Translations under genes and position numbers: made by a program
Assembly: GCF_000021865.1 (NCBI RefSeq)
Contig: NC_014034.1
Span: forward strand, 3,180,001 to 3,212,000
Direction of reading: 5' to 3'
Length of the DNA stretch: 32,000 nt
DNA from: Rhodobacter capsulatus SB 1003
GTDB lineage: Bacteria; Pseudomonadota; Alphaproteobacteria; Rhodobacterales; Rhodobacteraceae
In this document: piece after piece, positions 26,507-32,000 of the stretch
Layout: each line of letters begins with the position of its first letter
How positions within the stretch are numbered: position 1 is the first letter of the stretch
The notes under the pieces: generated by a model
Database searches by the model: none
Seen by the model: only the letters and a program-made list of their open reading frames with translations
What the model was told of the DNA's origin: nothing

Positions 26507-28279
26507 ATGTCCATTGCATCCGAAATCGGCCTCTACCGCGAGGCGCTCGTGTTTCTCGGCACGGCCGGGGTCATCATTCCGCTGATGACCCGGTTCCGCA
26601 TCAGCCCGGTGGTCGGATTTCTGGTCGCCGGCCTGCTGCTCGGCCCGCATGCCATCGGCCGGTTCGCCGACACTTTCCCGCCCCTCGGCTGGATCACCAT
26701 CCGCTCGCAGGAGGCGGTCGATCAGCTGGCCGAGCTGGGCGTGGCCTTCCTTCTGTTCACCATCGGGCTTGAGCTTTCGCTCGACCGGCTCTGGACGATG
26801 CGCCGCTCGGTCTTCGGGCTGGGCATGGCGCAGGTCGCCCTGACCACCGCGGCGATCGCGGTCACCGCCTTTGCCTTCGGCAACCCGATCGACGCCAGCC
26901 TGGTGATCGGCGCCTGTCTGGCGCTGTCCTCGACCGCGATCGTGGTGCAGCTTCTGGCCGAACAGCACCGGCTGACCTCGGTCGCGGGGCGCAACATCTT
27001 TGGCGTGCTTCTGGCGCAGGATCTGGCGGTGGTGCCGATCCTGTTTCTGATCGTCGTCTTCGGCGAGGCGGGCAAGGGCGGCTCCGAGGCGATCACGCTG
27101 CAGACGGTGCTTTCGGGCCTCGGCATCGCGGTCATTCAGGCCGTTGCCGCCATCAGCCTGATCGTCGGCATCGGCCGGGTGATCCTGCGCCGCCTGTTCC
27201 GCTCGGTCGCGCGCACGCACAACCGGGAATTGTTCATGGCGGCGATCCTCTTCGTCGTCGTCGGCACCTCGCTGATCACCCTTGCCGCCGGGCTGTCGAT
27301 GGCGCTTGGCGCCTTTCTGGCCGGGCTTCTGCTGGCCGAGACCGAGTTCCGCCGTCAGGTCGAGGTCGATATCGAACCCTTCAAGGGCCTGCTGCTCGGC
27401 CTGTTCTTCATCTCGGTGGGGATGCGGATCGACCCGGCCTCGGTGGCGCAGCATCCGGTGATGCTGGCGATGTCGGTGATCGGCATGACCGGGCTCAAGG
27501 CGGCGGTGATCGCGCTGCTGGCGCGGCTGTTCGGTCTGGCCTGGCCCGTGGCGCTGGAAGCCAGCCTGCTGCTGGCGGGCGGCGGCGAATTTGCCTTTCT
27601 CGTGCTCAGCCTGGCCGGTTCCTCGGGGCTGACCACGCCCGAGGTGGAACAGTTCATGCTGCTTGTCGCCTCGGGGACGATGCTGGCGACGCCGGTTCTG
27701 GCGCGGATGGGGCGCAGCCTTGGCCAGCGCAGCACCCGCGCCACCGCGCTGACCGATCTGCCCGCCGAGACCCCCGAGGCCATCGCCAGCCGTCCGCTGG
27801 TGATCGGCGGCGGCCGGGTCGGCAAGCTTGTCTGCGACGTGCTGGCGGGCGAGGGCTACAGCTGTCTGGTCATCGACCGCGATGCCGAGCTGGTGGCGCG
27901 CGGCCGGGCCGAGGGGCGCGACATCATCTTCGGCGATGCCCAGCGCCCCGGCATCTTGCGCAAATGCGGCATCGAAACCGCGCCGATCGTGGTGGTCACG
28001 CTGCATGACGCGGCGATCACCGAACAGGTGGTGACGATGCTGCACCGGCTGCGCCCCGACCTGCCGGTGATCGCGCGGGCCCGCGATGCGGACCATGCGG
28101 TGCGGCTGTTCTCGATGGGGGCAGTGCAGGTGATTCCCGAGGCTTTCGAAACCGGGCTGGATCTGGCGGGCGTCACGCTGCGTCGCCTTGGCGCCCCGGC
28201 CGAACATACCCATGCGCTGCTGGAAACCCGGCGCGAGGCGATGCTGCGGCTGTTGCGCAGCGAGCCGGGCCCGGGCTGA
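26507..28279 (+). CDS. CPA2-family monovalent cation:proton antiporter (KefB/KefC-like) with a C-terminal RCK/TrkA-N domain
   Basis: 12-13 hydrophobic helices, followed by a Rossmann motif VIGGGRVGKLVCDVLAGEGYSCLVIDRD. Confidence 0.88.
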   Translation: MSIASEIGLYREALVFLGTAGVIIPLMTRFRISPVVGFLVAGLLLGPHAIGRFADTFPPLGWITIRSQEAVDQLAELGVAFLLFTIGLELSLDRLWTMRRSVFGLGMAQVALTTAAIAVTAFAFGNPIDASLVIGACLALSSTAIVVQLLAEQHRLTSVAGRNIFGVLLAQDLAVVPILFLIVVFGEAGKGGSEAITLQTVLSGLGIAVIQAVAAISLIVGIGRVILRRLFRSVARTHNRELFMAAILFVVVGTSLITLAAGLSMALGAFLAGLLLAETEFRRQVEVDIEPFKGLLLGLFFISVGMRIDPASVAQHPVMLAMSVIGMTGLKAAVIALLARLFGLAWPVALEASLLLAGGGEFAFLVLSLAGSSGLTTPEVEQFMLLVASGTMLATPVLARMGRSLGQRSTRATALTDLPAETPEAIASRPLVIGGGRVGKLVCDVLAGEGYSCLVIDRDAELVARGRAEGRDIIFGDAQRPGILRKCGIETAPIVVVTLHDAAITEQVVTMLHRLRPDLPVIARARDADHAVRLFSMGAVQVIPEAFETGLDLAGVTLRRLGAPAEHTHALLETRREAMLRLLRSEPGPG

Positions 28280-28360
28280 GCCGGGCAGGAAACGGGCCAG
28301 CCCGGGCCTGCGCGCAAACGTACCCTTCCCAGACCGGGGGCAAGACCGCATCATCCGGGC

Positions 28361-29185
28361 ATGGATGACACCTTTTCTCCTTCCCGGCACGGCCTTGGCC
28401 ATTCCACCAATCTGGTCGGGCGGCCCTCGGCCTGGATGGCGAGCCCCGGCTTCAACGATGCGCCCGTTGCGCTGCATATCTGGGGCGTGCGGGAAATGAA
28501 CCCGGCGCTGTTCACCATGCTTGATCAGGCGGAAACGCTGGCCGAGGCGGGCGAGGCCTTTCTGGCCTATATGGTGGCGATGTTCGGCATCGACCCCGAG
28601 CAGCGCGACGCCGCCCCGGGCAGCCGCAAGCGGTTCCGCTCGTCCTTCCTGCGGCTCATTCAGGGCTGGGGTTTTGACAGCAACGGCCCCGAGGGCGCGG
28701 TGCTGAAGGGCTGGGTGGAAAGCCGCTTCGGCATCCTGCCCAGCTTTCACAAGGAGATCATCCCCGACACCCAGGGCCCGGTCTGGCAGGCCTATGTGGC
28801 CGAACGGATGCAAAGCCGCTTTCACGACAATGCGATCCTCGTGCAGCTCGATCTGCTGTTCGAATTCTGCCAATGGGCGGTGGCCCGTTTCGCCTATCCG
28901 GGGCAAAGCCATCTGACGCTCTATCGCGGCATCAATGCGGTCGACCGGCATGGCATTCTGGAACAGCAAAGCCGCCGCGCGGCGGTAATCCGGCTCAACA
29001 ATCTTGTGTCGTTTTCCTCCGACCGCGAGGTGGCGGACTGCTTTGGCGACCGGATCATCACGACCCGGGTGCCGCTGGCCAAGGTGCTGTTCTTTCCCGG
29101 CCTGCTGCCCTCGCCCCTGTTGCGGGGCGAGCGCGAATTTCTGGTGCTTGGCGGCGCGTTTCGGGTCAGTATCGAGGATATCTAG
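28361..29185 (+). CDS. draT: NAD+--dinitrogen-reductase ADP-D-ribosyltransferase
   Basis: GHSTNLVG near the N-terminus, LTLYRGIN and REFLVLGG (R-S-E ART-type elements), and it lies immediately upstream of draG. The start at 28361 is taken from the track; internal ATGs are possible alternatives. Confidence 0.88.
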   Translation: MDDTFSPSRHGLGHSTNLVGRPSAWMASPGFNDAPVALHIWGVREMNPALFTMLDQAETLAEAGEAFLAYMVAMFGIDPEQRDAAPGSRKRFRSSFLRLIQGWGFDSNGPEGAVLKGWVESRFGILPSFHKEIIPDTQGPVWQAYVAERMQSRFHDNAILVQLDLLFEFCQWAVARFAYPGQSHLTLYRGINAVDRHGILEQQSRRAAVIRLNNLVSFSSDREVADCFGDRIITTRVPLAKVLFFPGLLPSPLLRGEREFLVLGGAFRVSIEDI

Positions 29186-29196
29186 GGGGATGCGCG

Positions 29197-30072
29197 ATGG
29201 GCGATGTGCAGGATCGGGCGATGGCGGCCTTTCTCGGCTTTGCCCTGGGCGATGCGCTGGGGGCGACGGTCGAATTCCTGACCCCGCGCGAGATCGCGGC
29301 GCGGCACGGCCTGCACAGGGAGATCATCGGCGGCGGCTGGCTGAAGCTGAAGCCCGGCGCGGTGACCGATGACACGCAGATGGCGCTGGTGCTGGGGCGC
29401 TCGCTGATCGCGCGGCAGGGCTTTGATGCAAGGGACATCTGCGCCGGGTTTGCCGCCTGGCTGAAATCGGGTCCGGCCGATGTCGGCAACACCTGTCGGC
29501 GCGGCATCCGGCGGTTTTTGGAACAGGGCACGGTCGAGGGCCCCTATGCCGAGGATGACGCGGGCAATGGCGCGGCGATGCGGGTGCTGCCGGTGGCGCT
29601 GGCGACGCTGGGCCATCCCGAACGCGCCGCCGCCTGGACCGTGGCGCAGGCGCATGCGACGCATAACCACCCGCTCTCCGATGCCGCCTGTGTCGCGCTG
29701 GTGCGGATGGTGCAGGGGCTGGTGCTTGGCGGGGGGGCCGCGGTCATTGCCCGCGAGGCCGAGGCGCTGATCGCGCAACATCGCGATTTCCGTTTCGTGC
29801 CCTATCGCGGCCGGTCCTCGGCCTTCGTGGTCGAGACGCTGCAGACGGTGCTGCATTACACGCTCTCATCGGAGAGTTTCGAGGAGGTGCTGACCGGCAC
29901 CGTCAATCAGGGCGGCGATGCCGATACGACGGGGGCGCTGGCGGGGATGCTGGCGGGGGCGCGCGGCGGGATGGCGGCGCTGCCGGAACGCTGGCTTGCG
30001 GCGCTTGACCCCGCGGTGACGGCCGAGATCCGCGCTCAGGTGCCGAAGCTGCTGGCGCTTTCGGGCATCTGA
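29197..30072 (+). CDS. draG: ADP-ribosyl-[dinitrogen reductase] glycohydrolase
   Basis: FLGFALGDALGATVEF, VTDDTQMAL and NQGGDADTTGALAGMLAGA are ADP-ribosylglycohydrolase signatures. ATG at 29197 after a GGGGGA RBS. The track ORF start at 28873 lies inside draT. Confidence 0.92.
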   Translation: MGDVQDRAMAAFLGFALGDALGATVEFLTPREIAARHGLHREIIGGGWLKLKPGAVTDDTQMALVLGRSLIARQGFDARDICAGFAAWLKSGPADVGNTCRRGIRRFLEQGTVEGPYAEDDAGNGAAMRVLPVALATLGHPERAAAWTVAQAHATHNHPLSDAACVALVRMVQGLVLGGGAAVIAREAEALIAQHRDFRFVPYRGRSSAFVVETLQTVLHYTLSSESFEEVLTGTVNQGGDADTTGALAGMLAGARGGMAALPERWLAALDPAVTAEIRAQVPKLLALSGI

Positions 30073-31379
30073 GTGAGCTGCCGGGCCAGATCGGCCTTGC
30101 GGGCAAGAAGCGTCTCGGCCAGCGCCGCGCGGCCGCCGAACCGGGCCACGACAATGCGGATTGCGGCCTCGGGCAGGCCGATCACCACCATCAGCGCCGC
30201 ACGCAGGGCATCGGGCGGCATCGGCCCGAAGAGCGCGACCGCGAAAGGGTTGTCGGGATCGGTGCGCAGCCGGTCCACCTCGGGCACGGTGGGGCCGAAG
30301 GCGCGGCCCTTGGGGTCGCCCTGCGCCCGGAAGTCCAGCGCGCCGCCGACATCGAGCGTCGTCACCACGCCGCCGATCACGCCCTGATTGTCGCCCTGAA
30401 ACCCGGCGGCGTCCCAGTTCGCCAGCCAAGCATGCACGCCGAACCAGCGCCAGGCCTGCGCCCGCTCGGCCGGGTCCAGCTGCGACAGGCGGGATTTTTC
30501 CAGATCGACGAAGACCGTCGCCACCTGATCGGGCGCGGCGCAGGGCAGGTAGGACAGCACCGGCGCCCCGGCCAGACGGTAAAGCGCCGCCGCCAGATAT
30601 TCGTTCCGGGCATGGGCGGGGCTTTCCAGCTCCTTGACGTAAAGCCGCCCGCCCGCCGCATCGGCCCAGATCCCGCCGGGATTCGAGCCGAGCCGCCCGC
30701 CGACGCGTGTCAGCTGCGCCGGATCGACCCGCGCGGGCTCGGCCAGCGGCAGCGTCGCGCGGACAAGGGCCAGTTGCGCAGGCGTCTCGATCGCGCCGGG
30801 CCGGGCCGTCCGCACGGCGTTCACCGCCGCTTTCGGATCGGCGCCCAGTTCCACCAGCAGCCGCGCCGCGATCATCCCCGCCCGGCCAAGCCCGCCCTTG
30901 CAATGCACGACGACATCGGCGCCCGCACGCAGGGCGGCGCGGATCACCCGCCCCTCGGCCTGCCAGCGCGCTTCAAAGGCCGGGGTCGGCACGGAATAAT
31001 CGGCAATCGGCAGGGGATGCCAGTCCATCCCCCGCGCGCGGACCTGCGTGCCAAGGTCCGGCACCTTGAGCATGCCCAGTTCCTGCGGCTCGACCAGCGT
31101 CAGCACATGGGCCGCGCCCCAATCCGCAATCGCATCGAGATCAAGGCCCAGATCGCGCGCCCAGGCGCCCGACATCGCGGCGCGGTCGTGCTTGCCGGGG
31201 CAAAAGGTGATGCCGATGCGACCCAGGCCGGGCCCGGCCGGAACCTCGGCGATCTGCAGCGGATGGTAAGGCTGGTGCGGCGCTGGCCATGATCCCCTCG
31301 TGGTCCGGGGCAGGATAGGGCGGCCAGGGGGGGCCCAAGGCCCGGTAACGTCGCAGGGCCGATGCCTCGCGTTCTTCAA
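30036..31379 (-). CDS. Fusion protein: N-terminal dual-specificity/CDKN3-like protein-tyrosine-phosphatase domain plus a C-terminal protein-kinase-like domain of unrecognised family
   Basis: PTP P-loop VVHCKGGLGRAG (30876..30905). The C-terminal half has GSNPGG (30672..30689), YVK, NEYLA, WLANWDAAGFQGDN and LDVGGAL in the order expected for a kinase fold. The start is uncertain: the TTG at 31379 lies in IS-derived low-GC DNA, and there is no in-frame ATG before the conserved GITFCPGK. The 3' end overlaps draG by 37 nt. Confidence 0.7.
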   Translation of the reverse strand: MKNARHRPCDVTGPWAPPGRPILPRTTRGSWPAPHQPYHPLQIAEVPAGPGLGRIGITFCPGKHDRAAMSGAWARDLGLDLDAIADWGAAHVLTLVEPQELGMLKVPDLGTQVRARGMDWHPLPIADYSVPTPAFEARWQAEGRVIRAALRAGADVVVHCKGGLGRAGMIAARLLVELGADPKAAVNAVRTARPGAIETPAQLALVRATLPLAEPARVDPAQLTRVGGRLGSNPGGIWADAAGGRLYVKELESPAHARNEYLAAALYRLAGAPVLSYLPCAAPDQVATVFVDLEKSRLSQLDPAERAQAWRWFGVHAWLANWDAAGFQGDNQGVIGGVVTTLDVGGALDFRAQGDPKGRAFGPTVPEVDRLRTDPDNPFAVALFGPMPPDALRAALMVVIGLPEAAIRIVVARFGGRAALAETLLARKADLARQLTQMPESASSFGT

Positions 31380-32000
31380 TTGCGTTTTGTAGGCTGTCAG
31401 GGATACTGTCCCACGAATGGTCCACCTGTAAGCTCCTCATGACCATTTTTGTTGATTCTCCACAACGAGTTAGTTCTTCTTTTCGGATCCGGCACTTCTG
31501 GGGGGGAAATCCAGCGATGGCTGGATTAAGTCGTCAATTAAAAATGCGGCGAGTATATTAGCAAATATCCACGCTTTCGCGAATTCAGGTTCCTTTGCAC
31601 GCAAAGCATCCAAGTGCAGCAAACTTTTGAACCGCTTAAAAGCCAGTTCAATTTACCATCACAAACGGTAACAATCAGCCACTTGCTCTGCTGAATATTC
31701 ATCTTCCGGTAATGATGTTAGCAATAGCACATGGCCCGCTGCTTCCATCGTTTCCGCCTGAACTACTCGTCCTTTTCAACGATTCTCGCTGAGCAGTCGG
31801 GTTTTACTGATTAATGCTTTTTCGGGAGGAAGTGATACGGCAATGAGACGTGCCGGAAAGGGAGCTCCGGCTTTTTTATTACCTGAATTGCCTATCATTA
31901 CAGTGGTTTCACCGTTCTTACCGCAATCCAGCCCGCGCAGAAAACCCATCATGTCAAAGCGCATTCCTTCTGCAGTTAACCAGCGCAATCCTCGCCAGTG
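31361..32000 (-). mobile_element. Partial IS186-type (IS4 family) insertion sequence, 3' portion, continuing past the right edge
   Basis: GC drops to about 45% (27/60 hand-counted at 31501-31560). The minus-strand translation matches E. coli IS186 transposase InsL as I recall it. I found no terminal inverted repeat at the inner boundary, which I place at about 31360 from composition and recollection. Confidence 0.75.
31470..32000 (-). pseudogene. IS186-type DDE transposase, C-terminal part, inactivated by three in-frame stops
   Basis: One continuous frame reads ...RWLTAEGMRFDMMGFLRGLDCGKNGETTVMIGNSGNKKAGAPFPARLIAVSLPPEKALISKTRLLSENR*KGRVVQAETMEAAGHVLLLTSLPEDEYSAEQVADCYRL*W*IELAFKRFKSLLHLDALRAKEPEFAKAWIFANILAAFLIDDLIQPSLDFPPRSAGSEKKN*. 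Internal stops are at 31776-31778, 31659-31661 and 31653-31655, with no frameshifts. Confidence 0.8.

Noticed and set aside
24062-28969. 1635-aa minus-strand ORF spanning the MCP, Kef and draT loci
   Set aside because: It is antisense to three genes with strong family signatures. Its translation is Arg/Gly/Pro/His-rich low complexity with no motifs, which is the classic shadow ORF of GC-rich DNA (stop codons are rare in the antisense frame).
28873-29196. N-terminal extension of draG (track start 28873)
   Set aside because: It lies inside the draT coding region in another frame. draG starts at the ATG at 29197 with an RBS and the conserved FLGFALGDALG N-terminus.
31141-31446. ORF with an ATG at 31290 preceded by GAGGGGA, considered as the true start of the phosphatase-kinase gene via a frameshift
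   Set aside because: It is in a different frame from the conserved GITFCPGK...HCKGGLGRAG sequence and terminates at 31141. I see no direct evidence of a frameshift, so I kept it only as a caveat on the uncertain start.

Overview
High-GC (about 65-70%) alphaproteobacterial chromosome, most consistent with Rhodobacter capsulatus or a close Rhodobacterales relative. That guess rests on draT-draG, olsB-olsA, chpT and codon style; it comes from recollection of protein families, not a database search. Most of the window is ordinary housekeeping or accessory coding. Left to right it contains a partial LpxR-like gene, ybaK, an SDR dehydrogenase plus thiolase, ilvD, exoD, a DUF4169/RHH pair, olsBA, DUF3553/chpT, proA and two identical tRNA-Asp genes flanking a mosaic LRR gene. 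A long minus-strand cluster follows (SorC regulator, PAS-GGDEF-EAL, ApbE, PepSY-TM flavoreductase, DUF2271, a His/Asp-rich secreted protein, a PepSY protein), divergent from an OmpR-type two-component system. After that come an LsrF-like aldolase, an MCP, a Kef-type antiporter, draTG, and a phosphatase fused to a kinase-like domain. The window ends in a roughly 45% GC fragment of an IS186-type transposase that is dead from nonsense codons. Many long ORFs in the track are antisense shadow ORFs typical of GC-rich DNA and were not called. The candidates most worth follow-up are: (1) the PTP-phosphatase/atypical-kinase fusion converging on draG; (2) the two-component-linked flavinylation and metal cluster, apparently co-transcribed with a c-di-GMP phosphodiesterase; (3) the low-GC LRR module between duplicated tRNA-Asp genes; (4) a two-hairpin intergenic repeat family with compensatory base changes; (5) the truncated IS186-like junction, which may be a cloning or assembly chimera. 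None of these is shown to be novel from sequence alone.
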